A stretch of 64,000 bases of DNA, taken from positions 160,001 to 224,000 of the forward strand of contig CAVSLC010000002.1 of assembly GCA_963728565.1 (NCBI GenBank), written 5' to 3'. The position numbers and the translations under genes are program-made. Below, in pieces: positions 1-10,536 of this stretch (position 1 is its first letter; every line of letters begins with the position of its first letter). This stretch comes from an uncultured delta proteobacterium (GTDB lineage: Bacteria; Desulfobacterota; Binatia; UBA9968). The notes below the pieces were generated by a model that was given only the letters and a program-made list of their open reading frames with translations, searched no databases and was not told the DNA's origin.

Positions 1-230
1 GCCGGAGATGGCGGCGCGGGCGGTGTTCGGCTCGCTGTCTTTGCAGGCGGAGCTGGCTGCTCCTTCTTTACATGTACGGCGCAGGCGTGCGGTATCTTCT
101 CAACTTTTGTCGTGCCGCAGGTAGGACAGGAAATCAGGCTTTGTTCGGCTTGTTTCTGATATTCCTCGAAGCTCGGAAACCAGCCCTCAAAGTTGTGTTT
201 TTTCTTGCAGAGAAGATTGTAGATCACCAT
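1..230 (-). CDS. DUF1178 family protein (runs off the window edge; not in the ORF track)
   Basis: Manual translation from ATG at 230 gives MVIYNLLCKKKHNFEGWFPSFEEYQKQAEQSLISCPTCGTTKVEK, matching the DUF1178 pattern C-x3-H-x-FEGWF...CPxCG. Confidence 0.85.
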   Translation of the reverse strand, partial: MVIYNLLCKKKHNFEGWFPSFEEYQKQAEQSLISCPTCGTTKVEKIPHACAVHVKKEQPAPPAKTASRTPPAPPSP

Positions 231-376
231 AAGTTAAGTCCACCATCTGGAGAATAACCATTTAAGAACCTTTCGGGATGAAGTCAAGCCGCCTGGCGTC
301 AGCGAGAATTGATCGCGTCTACTTAGAATTATCCGAAATCTTGCCGGTCCGTGCAATCATGATAGAGTCGCCTTTG

Positions 377-1537
377 ATGAGCACCGACGTCTCGATCAAG
401 GCTATTCGCAAGATTTCGGAAATCCCGCAAGCGCAATGGGATGCCCTGCTGGTCAACGGCTCGCCTTTCTTGAAGTGGCATTGGCTGGACAGCTTGGAGG
501 GATCGGGCTGCGTCAACGATGAAACCGGTTGGCTGCCTCATCATCTGGTGGTGGAACGCGCCGGAAAAGTGGTTGCGGCGTGCCCCATGTACCTCAAGCT
601 CCACAGTATGGGAGAGTTCGTCTTTGATTATGAGTGGGCTGAGACGGCCCATCATGTCGGCATTCAGTATTATCCCAAGATGCTCGTTGGGGTGCCCTTT
701 ACGCCGGTAACAGGTCCTCGCTTTTTAACCGGTGCAGGAGCCGATCGAAGCGCCTTGATCGCGGTCATGGGGCAGGCCTTGGCCAAGATTGCCGCGGACA
801 ACAAAATTTCTTCAGTTCACGTTAACTTCTGTTTGGACGATGAAGTCACCGCTCTCGAAGAAATCGGCTTTATTCCGCGGCGGGGCATCCAGTTTCACTG
901 GCAGAACCACGATTTTAGCTCGTTCGATGATTATCTCGGCAGCTTTCGAAGCGATCGGCGCAACAAGATCAAGCGCGAGCGGAGGGAAATCGCCCAGCAG
1001 GGAATCTCAATCGGTGCGGTGGAGGGCGAACAGCTGACCGAAAAACATATGCGCACCATGTTTCGTCTTTACAAGGGCCACGTCGATCGACTCTATTACG
1101 GCCGCCAATACCTCACGGAGGAGTTCTTTCACCAACTTCAACGAAGGTTCGCGAGCAATGTCTGTCTCATGCTGGCCGAAGGCGACGGCAAGATTATTGC
1201 CGGAACTTTTAACATCAGAGATGATAGGGCCATGTACGGGCGATACTGGGGCGCGTTCCGGGACCAGCCTTTTCTCCACTTCAATGTTTGCTATTACTCG
1301 GCTATCGAGCACTGCATTAACATGAGACTTCAACGGTTCGAAGCCGGCGCCGGCGGCAGCTTCAAGCAACTTCGCGGCCTCGACCCCGAGCACACCACCA
1401 GCATGCATTATATCGTCGACGGCAGATTCCGACGCGCAGTCGAGCGCTTTCTAAAACAAGAGCGGGAGTTGATTCGCCAGAAACGCGACTTGTTGCTTGA
1501 GCGCAGCCAGTTGAAGCGTGAGCTCGAAGAGCCTTAG
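377..1537 (+). CDS. FemAB-like GNAT family protein (DUF482)
   Basis: Motifs PFL..WL..LE, K.HS.GEFVFD..WA, YYPK...VPFTPVTGPR, YGRYWG, FEAGAGG. The start is uncertain (278, 359 or 377). Confidence 0.88.
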   Translation: MSTDVSIKAIRKISEIPQAQWDALLVNGSPFLKWHWLDSLEGSGCVNDETGWLPHHLVVERAGKVVAACPMYLKLHSMGEFVFDYEWAETAHHVGIQYYPKMLVGVPFTPVTGPRFLTGAGADRSALIAVMGQALAKIAADNKISSVHVNFCLDDEVTALEEIGFIPRRGIQFHWQNHDFSSFDDYLGSFRSDRRNKIKRERREIAQQGISIGAVEGEQLTEKHMRTMFRLYKGHVDRLYYGRQYLTEEFFHQLQRRFASNVCLMLAEGDGKIIAGTFNIRDDRAMYGRYWGAFRDQPFLHFNVCYYSAIEHCINMRLQRFEAGAGGSFKQLRGLDPEHTTSMHYIVDGRFRRAVERFLKQERELIRQKRDLLLERSQLKRELEEP

Positions 1538-1687
1538 GAGCTGCTGAAAAGGCCTCATCTGCTTGTTGCGCTCGCCCCGACTCGCTCCAAACAGACTGAA
1601 GCGCACGTTTTAGCTCATCGAACTTCGCGCGCCTCGCAACTGGACCTTTTTGAACAGCCTGCGAGCAGATTTTCAGCGACCTGTTAG
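1536..1687. mobile_element. Degenerate MITE/REP-like element with imperfect terminal inverted repeats
   Basis: The left end AGGAGCTGCTGAAAAGGCCTCATCTGC is an imperfect inverted repeat of GCAACTGGACCTTTTTGAACAGCCTG (~1636-1661). An extra end-like TTTTCAGCGACCTGTTA follows (~1670-1686). No ORF inside. Confidence 0.6.
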
Positions 1688-1701
1688 TCCAAGCCGTTTC
1701 C

Positions 1702-1730
1702 TTGACAGGGTAGGAGCTTTCCTTTAACGT
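1702..1730 (+). promoter_or_regulatory. sigma70-type promoter of the ABC operon
   Basis: TTGACA-N17-TAACGT, 18 nt before the GTG at 1749. Confidence 0.5.
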
Positions 1731-1748
1731 CTGCTTCGGAGTTGGGAC

Positions 1749-2525
1749 GTGAAGGCTAGGACGAGGAACATCATCGAACCGATAGTTTTTTTCCTGGCGC
1801 TCCTAATCCTTTGGGAAATTTTGGTCGAGATTATCAAGGTTCCTTCATTCATTCTGCCGCCGCCGCGGGATTTGTGGATCGCCTTCATAAACAAGCTGCC
1901 GATTATTGGCCATCATGCCTGGATCACCTTTATTGAAGCCTTCGGCGGCTTCGCCTTGTCTTTACTTTTGGGGATTGGTTTCGCTGTCGCGGTGGTCTAC
2001 TCGCCCCATCTACAGAATACTATTTATCCGCTCATCGTGATTCTTTATGCGATGCCAAAAAGCGCCTTCGCGCCGTTGATGGTCATATGGGTCGGCTATG
2101 GGCTTGTGTCTAAAATAGCGATCGCCTTTCTCGTCGCGTTTTTCCCGATCGTGGTGAATACCGTCGTCGGGTTAAAAGAAGTTGAGCCGGAACTGTTGGA
2201 GTTGGCACGTATCAATCGCGGTTCGCAATTCGATATCTTCAAGAAGATTCGTCTGCCTAACTCGTTACCGTACATGTTCGCCGGGATCAAAGTGGCTATC
2301 GTACTATCGGTCACTGGCGCCATTGTCGCCGAGTTCGTGGCCGCAAACGAAGGCTTGGGCTATCTAGTTTTGCAGGCGAACTACAGCTTGGATACAGCAT
2401 TTGCACTGGTGATTCTGCTGATTCTAGCCGTGCTGTCCCTGGGGCTTTTTTGGCTGGTTGAAATTATCCAAAGAAAATTGGCGCCGTGGAGCGCTGAGGT
2501 GCGTCAGGTGGAAGGGTCTTTTTGA
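1749..2525 (+). CDS. ABC transporter permease, SsuC/TauC/NitT family
   Basis: Multi-TM protein with PK.A.APL...W.G.G, IRLPNSLPY.FAG and GAIVAEF....GLGY. Confidence 0.92.
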   Translation: MKARTRNIIEPIVFFLALLILWEILVEIIKVPSFILPPPRDLWIAFINKLPIIGHHAWITFIEAFGGFALSLLLGIGFAVAVVYSPHLQNTIYPLIVILYAMPKSAFAPLMVIWVGYGLVSKIAIAFLVAFFPIVVNTVVGLKEVEPELLELARINRGSQFDIFKKIRLPNSLPYMFAGIKVAIVLSVTGAIVAEFVAANEGLGYLVLQANYSLDTAFALVILLILAVLSLGLFWLVEIIQRKLAPWSAEVRQVEGSF

Positions 2526-2552
2526 TATCGGAGGTGGAGCTCATGAGGAAGG

Positions 2553-3566
2553 TTGGCATTGAAATTCAAGATCGGGCGCATTGCCGCGGTTGTCCTAAGC
2601 GCGATTATGGCGTTCACCAGTTTCACCTTCAGCGCCATAGCCGCGCAACCGGAACCGGCCAACATCAGAATGGATTTCATCATCGGCGGCAAACATGCGC
2701 CTTGGTACGTCGCGCAGGAGAAAGGTTTTTATGCCAAGCGCGGCTTGGCGGCGACCATTCAGGCGGGCTCGGGTTCGGCGGATACTGTGCGGACGATTGC
2801 GGCCGGGGGCGCCGATTTTGGATTTGCCGATATCTCTACGGCGATTGTCGCGCGATCCCGCGGAACCGGGGTTCAGGTCGTAGGACAGCTTGGTTATGTC
2901 GCCGCTACCATTTTGTGGCGCGAAGATTCTGCCATAAAAGGACTTAAGGATCTGCAAGGCAAATCATGGGCCATCAGTCCCGGGCAGGCGCAGTGGTTTT
3001 TGATGCCGGCTTACTCTCGAATCAACGGCATCGATTTCAAATCCATCAAGATTCAGGAGACCGCGGCGCCAATCCAACCGGCGGCGCTTGCGACCAAGAA
3101 AGCGGACTTTATTATCATGTTCCGCGCTTCAAATGATGAGGTCGCGGAATTAGCAGCATCCAAGGTTGGGAGTAAGTTGAAGCGGGTTTTCATGAAGGAT
3201 ACTGGCCTCGACATTTACGGCAGCGGTTTGGTGGCCAAGGAAGAGGATATCAAGAAACGCCCCGATTTCGTCAAGGCCTATGTTGAAGGGACCATGGAGG
3301 GACTACGCTACACCCGTGATAATCAGGAGGAGGCATTGCAGATCCTGATGAAGCAGAAACCCGAGTTGGATCAAGCTCTCACCATGCTGCAGCTGAGGAA
3401 TGCTCTATACGAGGTCATGTTGCCGCCGGAATCGGTGCAGTCCGGCTTGGGGTACATGAAACCGGATATTATGGAAAAGACGGTGCGCATCACCAACGAA
3501 TATTTCGATGTGGCGCGCAAGGTTACCCCAAAGGAAGTTTTCACCAACCAGTTTATCAAGAGATAA
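2553..3566 (+). CDS. ABC substrate-binding protein, NMT1/THI5/SsuA-like
   Basis: Signal peptide; HAPWYVAQEKGFY, GSGSAD, ADFGFAD, YGSGL motifs. Confidence 0.9.
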   Translation: MALKFKIGRIAAVVLSAIMAFTSFTFSAIAAQPEPANIRMDFIIGGKHAPWYVAQEKGFYAKRGLAATIQAGSGSADTVRTIAAGGADFGFADISTAIVARSRGTGVQVVGQLGYVAATILWREDSAIKGLKDLQGKSWAISPGQAQWFLMPAYSRINGIDFKSIKIQETAAPIQPAALATKKADFIIMFRASNDEVAELAASKVGSKLKRVFMKDTGLDIYGSGLVAKEEDIKKRPDFVKAYVEGTMEGLRYTRDNQEEALQILMKQKPELDQALTMLQLRNALYEVMLPPESVQSGLGYMKPDIMEKTVRITNEYFDVARKVTPKEVFTNQFIKR

Positions 3567-3749
3567 GGCTTTCTAGCTCGGCTCCGCAGTGCCGCTCTCA
3601 TCGCGGACGAAGGAAGTTTGTACCGACAATTTATCAAGAGATGATCGTATCGCCCAGTTCGGGGTCCCAATGCCAGCCCTAATCGTCGTTGAAGGGGTTT
3701 GTACCGATTAGTTTACCAAGAGATAATTGCATTGCTCAGTTTGGGTCTA

Positions 3750-4545
3750 ATGCCACCCCTAATCGCCTTTGACAATGTCTGCCGGGTGTTTACCAACGGC
3801 GCCAAGATGGTCAATGCCTTGGAGTGCATTTCTTTCGAGATTAACACCAGCGAATTTGTCTCCATCGTAGGACCCAGCGGCTGCGGCAAGAGCACCTTGC
3901 TGAAAATTCTTTCGGGACTTCATCCCTGCGTCATCGGGACAAATTGCCATCAATGGCAAAGCCGTCAAGGAACCTCTAGAGAATGTCGGCATGGTATTTC
4001 AGGCTCCGGTATTGTTAAAATGGCGTCCCGTCTTGGGAAATATTCTATTGCCAGTGGAGTTCGCCAAGCGCAATGTTGCCAGCCATATAGAGAGGGCTCG
4101 CTCTTTGATCAAGTTGGTCGGGCTGGATGGCTTCGAGGAGATGTACCCGCATCAGCTCTCCGGCGGCATGCAGCAGCGAGTTTCACTCTGTCGCGCCCTA
4201 GTGACCGATCCGCAACTGCTGCTCATGGACGAGCCTTTTGGGGCGCTCGACGCAATGACCCGCGACGAGTTGGACCTCGAGTTACTGAGATTGTGGGAAG
4301 AAAAGAAGAAAACCGTTTTGTTCGTTACGCATAGCATCCAGGAAGCGGTGTTCTTGTCGGACCGCGTATTCGTCATGTCTGCGAGGCCCGGCAGGCTGCT
4401 GAAAGTGCTGTCGATTGATCTTCCCCGACCGCGGACTCTGGAGATGATGAGCAGCGTGGGGTTCGGTGAGTACACCCTGAGAATCAGAAGTCTGCTAGGC
4501 TCCACGATGGGTACACCGGCGGCGATTTCCGGTTCCACGGCATGA
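3750..4545 (+). CDS. ABC ATP-binding subunit, SsuB/TauB family (frameshift near 3925)
   Basis: Walker [10 protein letters not shown] lies in one frame; [15 protein letters not shown] and VTH lie in the next frame. Confidence 0.88.
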
Positions 4546-4621
4546 ATTTGCATCCGCTGCTGCGTCCTCATTCGGCGAATCACACTTACCTCCAAATCAA
4601 CACAGAACGGACGATAATTCT

Positions 4622-5663
4622 TTGGCCAAACAACGAGCAATGACCTACGCCGCTGCGGGTGTCAGCATCGAGGCGGGCGATGAGCTGGTGCGCCGCATCG
4701 GCCGCGCTGCCAAGAAAACCAAAATGCCGGGATTGCTTGCCGGCGTTGGCGGTTTTAGCGCGCTTTTCGATTTGCAAGCTCGCCGCTACCGTGAACCCGT
4801 TCTGGTTTCCTCTACCGACGGTGTCGGCACTAAGCTCAAGATTGCTTTCGCCACCGGTATTCATGAGACGGTCGGCATCGATCTGGTGGCGATGAGTGTC
4901 AATGACATTTTGACGCAGGGTGCCGAGCCGCTGTTTTTCCTGGATTACTTCGTGTGCGGCAAACTCGACGTCGGTATTGCCGAGGCGGTTATCCGTGGCA
5001 TCGCTCGAGGTTGCCAGCAATCGGGCTGCGTATTGATCGGTGGCGAGACTGCTGAGCATCCCGGCGATTTCCGGGATGGAGAGTATGATCTGGCGGGATT
5101 TGTAGTCGGAGTGTTGGAAAAAAAGAAAATTCTCAGTCCTGCGAGCGATTATTCCAGGCGATGTTCTCATCGGGCTTGTTTCCAGTGGGCTTCACAGCAA
5201 CGGCTATTCATTAGCCCGCAAGATCCTGCTTTCGCGCGGTCGTCTAAAACTGAGCCAACGGTTGCCCGAGCTCGGCCGAACTCTGGGCGAGGAGCTTCTC
5301 ACGCCGACGCGCATTTACGCCAGGACCATGCGCACTCTACTGGCTCAGTGGCCTATCAAAGGCGCGGCGCACATAACCGGTGGTGGAATCGTCGGGAATC
5401 TGCCGCGTGTCCTGCCGCCCGGCGCGCGCGCGCTTATCCACAGGGACAGCTGGCCGATGCCTCCGATATTTGGCATGATAGCAAAGATAGGCGCGGTACC
5501 TCGCGACGAGATGGACCGGACTTTCAATAACGGTTTGGGTATGATCCTGGTGGTCGGCAAAAAAGCTGCCGATGGAGCCATGCGTTCGCTTAAGCAGAGC
5601 GGAGAAAAGCCGATTGTGATCGGCGAGATCCGCAAGGGCCGTCGCGGCGCAGACATCATCTAA
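4622..5663 (+). CDS. purM: Phosphoribosylformylglycinamidine cyclo-ligase (frameshift near 5140-5147)
   Basis: [33 protein letters not shown]; after the shift [24 protein letters not shown]. Confidence 0.96.
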
Positions 5664-5672
5664 GGCACGATT

Positions 5673-6329
5673 ATGGCAAGGCAGCTTCCGATAGGCGTTC
5701 TCATCTCAGGCAATGGCACCAATCTTCAAGCCATCATCGATGCCATCGAAGCGCGCGCGCTCGATGCTAAGATCGAGGTCGTGCTGAGCAACAAAGCGGA
5801 CGCTTATGGCCTGGCGCGAGCTCAGAAGCACAATCTTTCCACGGCAGTGTTGGATCATAAATCGTTTTCCAGCCGTGAAGCCTACGACCAGGCGGTGGTG
5901 GATATTCTCCGGCGCTGCAAAGTTGAGCTCGTCGTGCTAGCCGGTTTCATGCGGCTATTGTCACCGCTATTCATCAAAGCGTATTCCAATCGCATCATGA
6001 ATATTCATCCGGCATTGCTGCCGGCGTTCCCCGGCCTGCGCGTGCAGAAAAAAGCGCTCGATCATGGTGTGCGATTCTCCGGTTGTACGGTTCACTTCGT
6101 CAATGATGAATGCGACGAGGGCCCGATCATTATGCAGGCGGTTGTGCCGGTCTTTCCGGACGACAGCGAAAGCGTTCTCGCGGCCCGCATCCTCAAGCAA
6201 GAACATAAGATATATCCGCGGGCGATTCAGCTTTACGCCGAACGAAAACTTCAGATTGTCGGCCGTAGAGTGATGGTGGATGATCTCTCGAAGGACGACA
6301 AGCAGGTTCTTATCCAACCCCAAGTATGA
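5673..6329 (+). CDS. purN: Phosphoribosylglycinamide formyltransferase
   Basis: SGNGTNLQA, LAGFMRLL, NIHPALLP, GCTVHFV, DEGPII; lies directly after purM. Confidence 0.97.
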   Translation: MARQLPIGVLISGNGTNLQAIIDAIEARALDAKIEVVLSNKADAYGLARAQKHNLSTAVLDHKSFSSREAYDQAVVDILRRCKVELVVLAGFMRLLSPLFIKAYSNRIMNIHPALLPAFPGLRVQKKALDHGVRFSGCTVHFVNDECDEGPIIMQAVVPVFPDDSESVLAARILKQEHKIYPRAIQLYAERKLQIVGRRVMVDDLSKDDKQVLIQPQV

Positions 6330-7300
6330 AAAACCGCAAGAGCATCCTGTTGTTTTCCCTCAAGCTCTTGGTCAGCGTCGGGCTGCTGGGCTATTTGGTA
6401 ACGCGCATTGACGGCGAACAGTTTGCCCATACGCTGGCGTCAGCGAACTTTTCCTATATCGCTTTGGCCTTGGTGATATATCTTGGCACCCAAATAGTTA
6501 GCGCTCTGAGGTGGACCGTGTTGACCCGCCCGCTGGGCATCCGCACCCCGTACAAGGATCTGGCCGCTTACTATTTCATCGGCATGTTTTTCAATCTATT
6601 CGCGCCGAGCACGGTGGGCGGAGACGTCAGCCGTGTCTACTATCTTGCCCGGGAGCAGAACAAAGACCATCAGAAGCACGCATCCGGAAGCACCATTCAA
6701 GCCGCAGTTTCGGTGTTGATGGACCGCGCCATCGGCATGGTGGTGCTTATCTGGCTTGGCGCAGTGGGTCTTCTCTTATTCCCTCATTATGGAGTTCCTC
6801 GTCCGATACGCGCACTGACCTTATCCTTGGCTGCCGGGTTTTTCATCGCTGGCTTGCTCCTGCCGCTGGTTCGGCGCGTGCTGCCCGAGGATGCGCATCC
6901 GTGGGTTACCAAGTTGCGTGTTATTCTGACGAGTTACCGCAGGGGCTGGCGCGTCATTCCGCAAGCAATCACTCTGTCGTTCATGGTTCACCTGGTTCAA
7001 GCCTGGATGCATGTGATCATGGGCTTGGCCCTTCACCTGAGTCTGCCGCTTTCTTTTTGCATCATCGTTTACCCCTTGGTAGGAACCTTTGCGGCGCTAC
7101 CGATCAGCGTAAACGGTTTTGGCTTGCGCGAGGGCGGCTATATCTTTCTGCTTGCATTAATCGGTATCAACTCCGAAGAGGGTATCGCCTTCGGCTTATT
7201 GTTATTCCTCATCGTAGCGGTGGATAGTTTGATTGGCGGAGTACTCTTTCTGGTCAAAAGAGGTTCCGCGCCCGCAAGCACGGTCAGCGCTGAGATTTAA
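6326..7300 (+). CDS. Lysylphosphatidylglycerol synthase TM-domain (UPF0104) flippase-like protein
   Basis: RW..L, FFN.F.PST.GGD..R, DR..G, PISVNG.GLREG motifs; multi-TM. Confidence 0.85.
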   Translation: MKNRKSILLFSLKLLVSVGLLGYLVTRIDGEQFAHTLASANFSYIALALVIYLGTQIVSALRWTVLTRPLGIRTPYKDLAAYYFIGMFFNLFAPSTVGGDVSRVYYLAREQNKDHQKHASGSTIQAAVSVLMDRAIGMVVLIWLGAVGLLLFPHYGVPRPIRALTLSLAAGFFIAGLLLPLVRRVLPEDAHPWVTKLRVILTSYRRGWRVIPQAITLSFMVHLVQAWMHVIMGLALHLSLPLSFCIIVYPLVGTFAALPISVNGFGLREGGYIFLLALIGINSEEGIAFGLLLFLIVAVDSLIGGVLFLVKRGSAPASTVSAEI

Positions 7301-8649
7301 GTCAGGTAGTGAATAAACAACGTCGCCAGGCCGAGAAAAGAAAGAAAGCCAAACGCATCGGTAAGGCCTGTCACAACAATCCCGGAGCCCAGCGCCGGAT
7401 CAAATTTCATCGCTTTTAACAGCAGCGGAATGACTGCACCCGACAGTCCGGCGACCAGCCCTAGATTCAGTATCATCGCAACGGCGAGCACTAATCCCAG
7501 AGTTGGATTGCCCTGCCACAAGGCCGCAATCAGAGCGATCACGGCGCCCGCCGCAACAGCGAGACAAACATTAACGGAAACCTGCTTGACGATCGCTTTC
7601 CACGCGGACGAGAATTCAAGCTCGCCAAGCGCAATGCCACGAATAATTACCGTCGCGGTTTGAGTCGCGCCATTGCCGCCAACGCCCGCGACAATCGGCA
7701 TAAACGTTACCAGGGCGACAAGTTCCGTGATCGTTCCCTGGAAGATCGTCACTACCGACGCTGCCAATCCCGTCGTGAGCAAATTCAGCATCGTCCATGG
7801 GAGCCGCATCTTGAAAGATCGGGAGATCGGCGTGAAAACTCGATCCTCCTCGGCTAAGCCGGCCATCTTGTACATGTCTTCGGTGCTTTCCTCGTTGATG
7901 ATATCGATGACGTCGTCCACCGTGATGATGCCTTCCAATCGACCGCCTTCATCGACGATCGGTAAGGCTAAAAGCTCGTATTTCGCGACGATGCGGGCCG
8001 CTTCTTCCTGGTCCATGAAGACATCGCCTTTTAGCGGGTCCGCAATCATCATCTCGCTCAATGTGCGATCACGGGGGGCAATGACTAAATTGCGAATCGG
8101 CACGACGCCGACCAACTTGTTCTCGTGGTCGACGACGTAAAGATAGAAAAAACTCTCAAGCTCGCCGCGTTCACGGATTTTATCGATGGCCCCTTGAGCC
8201 GTGGTGGTTGGCGCCAAAGCCATAAATTCCGTGTTCATGATTCTGCCAACGGTGCCTTCGGGATAGCTGATCAGCTCGCGGACTTCCTCGCGGCGCTCGG
8301 GATCCAGTAACGACAAAACAGATTCACGGCGCTCTTCCGTTAAGCTGTCGATAATCGTCACGGCATCATCGGGATCGGCGCGCACAATGACACGGGCGAT
8401 TTTTTCATCGTCGATCAGCGCCAGGATGTCGGGCAACAACTCAGGCGGTAGTTCGGTGAGGGTTTTGGCGGCTCGACGAGCGGAGAAGAGGATGTCGAAA
8501 AATTGTCGCACCTCGGTCGGGTCCAGTCCTTTGAAGAGGAGCGCAATGTCGGCAGGATGGCTTTTGCCGATGAAGCGCAATATGCGATCCGGCGTCGCAG
8601 TGCGCAACATTTCTCGAACTGTATCGTAATCGATGGGAGTGGATTTCAT
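7297..8649 (-). CDS. mgtE: Magnesium transporter MgtE
   Basis: HPADIA N-domain, CBS pair, GIITVDD, RLPW, GGNGATQT, DPA...TD..G. Confidence 0.95.
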   Translation of the reverse strand: MKSTPIDYDTVREMLRTATPDRILRFIGKSHPADIALLFKGLDPTEVRQFFDILFSARRAAKTLTELPPELLPDILALIDDEKIARVIVRADPDDAVTIIDSLTEERRESVLSLLDPERREEVRELISYPEGTVGRIMNTEFMALAPTTTAQGAIDKIRERGELESFFYLYVVDHENKLVGVVPIRNLVIAPRDRTLSEMMIADPLKGDVFMDQEEAARIVAKYELLALPIVDEGGRLEGIITVDDVIDIINEESTEDMYKMAGLAEEDRVFTPISRSFKMRLPWTMLNLLTTGLAASVVTIFQGTITELVALVTFMPIVAGVGGNGATQTATVIIRGIALGELEFSSAWKAIVKQVSVNVCLAVAAGAVIALIAALWQGNPTLGLVLAVAMILNLGLVAGLSGAVIPLLLKAMKFDPALGSGIVVTGLTDAFGFLSFLGLATLFIHYLT

Positions 8650-8797
8650 GTTGTCCCTGGGCTCGCGACTTCGCGTCTCTTCTTAACCATTGGTATGGTG
8701 ATTTGCAAATGATTCTAACCAATTGGCGCCCTTATAGGCAGGATAAAAATCTGTTATCGTGAGCTTCACTTTGGCCGCGCAAGCGAAGAGTATAAGC

Positions 8798-10209
8798 ATG
8801 TCGCCGTTTAAATCCGTCTATCGGCTCAGCTTTGGCCTGGCACTAGGGTATTTCCTGCCGCGCGCATTGCTGCGGCGGCTACTCTGGCGGCGCTGGAAAA
8901 TCGTCCTCCGTCTTTTGCCATTATCGCCAAACGGACCATGCCCATCGTCGTCAATATTTCGACGACCGCACAACGCGCTCCGCGCAGCGGTTCCGGCGAT
9001 CCGATTGATGAGTTCTTCAATCGTTTCTTTGGCGAGTCTCAGCCTCGCGACACCAGCCAGAGGAGTCTCGGGTCCGGTATTCTGATCAGCAAGGATGGGG
9101 AGATCCTGACCAGCTATCATGTCGTCAAGAATGCCGACGCGATTAAAGTAAAGCTCGCGGATCAGTCCGAATACGAGGCCCGTCTGGTCGGCAAGGATGA
9201 CAGAACGGATTTAGCTTTGATTAAGATTCGGAAGACCAGTGTTCCTCTTCCCTTCGCCCGGCTCGGCACCTCGAGCCAATTGGATGTCGGTGATTGGGTC
9301 ATGGCGATCGGTAATCCGTTTGGCTTGGAACATACGGTAACGGCGGGAATCGTCAGCGCCAAAGGCCGGGTCATCGGCGCTGGACCCTACGACAATTTCA
9401 TTCAGACCGACGCATCGATCAATCCCGGCAATAGCGGTGGCCCGCTGATCAATGCTGTCGGCGAAGTGGTCGGAGTGAACAGCGCTATCTTCAGCCAGAG
9501 TGGCGGCAACGTCGGGATCGGCTTTGCGATTCCCATTGACCTGGCCAAAAAGATCGCCGATCAACTCCGAAAGAACGGCAAAGTGGTGCGCGGCTGGCTT
9601 GGCATCCGGACGCAAACCGTTTCACAACAAGCGGCGTCCTCATCGGGACTGTCCCATTTTGCCGGGGAGATACAAGCGGTGACGGAAGTGACGGAAAATA
9701 GCCCAGCCGCAGAAGCGGGCATCAAGGTTGGTGACGTAATCGCTGAATTTAATAACAAGCCGCTTTCAAAAAATCCCGATCTTCGCACTATGATCGCCGA
9801 CACCGCGCCCGGCCATAAGATCACGTTGAAGATCGTACGCGAGAAACTCGAGCGGGTTCTTTCGGTTCGCATCGGCGAGTTGCCGGATGATGGTGATGGC
9901 AGCCAGCAGGTTGAAGCGCGTGACCCGGAGCTGGGATTACGAGTTCAACGTATCACGCCGGAGACCTCGCGCCGTCTGGGACTGAGCTCTATAAAGGGGG
10001 TTCTGGTTCTGGAAGTACAATCCGGCAGCCCCGCGGAGCAGGTAGGTTTGGAGCCTGCGGATGTAATCCGGGAGGTCAATCAGAAGCCGGTCAATAATGT
10101 CAGAGATTTCGAACGCGCCGTGCGTCAAGGCAGGCGTGGGGAGCGCATCTTGCTTCTTGTTCAACGAGGAGATAACGCTGTATTCTTCGCTTTGAGGCGT
10201 AAGAACTAG
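8798..10209 (+). CDS. DegP/HtrA (Do family) serine protease with two PDZ domains (frameshift near 8855 in the signal region)
   Basis: SLGSG, LTSYHV, TDLAL, QTDASINPGNSGGPL, two PDZ domains. The signal peptide starts at ATG 8798 in another frame. Confidence 0.93.
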
Positions 10210-10217
10210 GAGGGCTT

Positions 10218-10415
10218 ATGTTCGGACTTGGTATGCAAGAGCTGTTAATTATCTTGGCCATCGCGCTGGTCGTTTTTGGCCCCAGCAAGCTGCCTCAGAT
10301 CGGTAGTGGCTTAGGGAAAGCCATTCGCGACTTCAAAAAAGGGGTGAGCAGCGATGACAGTGAAGATGCGGTCAAGGAAGCTAAGGACGAAAACTCCAAA
10401 GATTTTCATCGTTAG
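10218..10415 (+). CDS. tatA: Twin-arginine translocase TatA/E subunit
   Basis: MFGLGMQELLIIL..ALVVFGPSKLP.IG..LGKAIRDFK; GGAGG RBS. Confidence 0.93.
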   Translation: MFGLGMQELLIILAIALVVFGPSKLPQIGSGLGKAIRDFKKGVSSDDSEDAVKEAKDENSKDFHR

Positions 10416-10536
10416 CAGGCCGGCAATGGCGGTTCTGCTGCTCCAGCCTTGTTGCCTCTCGGTTCTTCCAGTGAATATCGGATAGCGCCCGGCCCGATGG
10501 CGTCATCGAGCGGGTTTGAATACGGCTTTGAACAAC

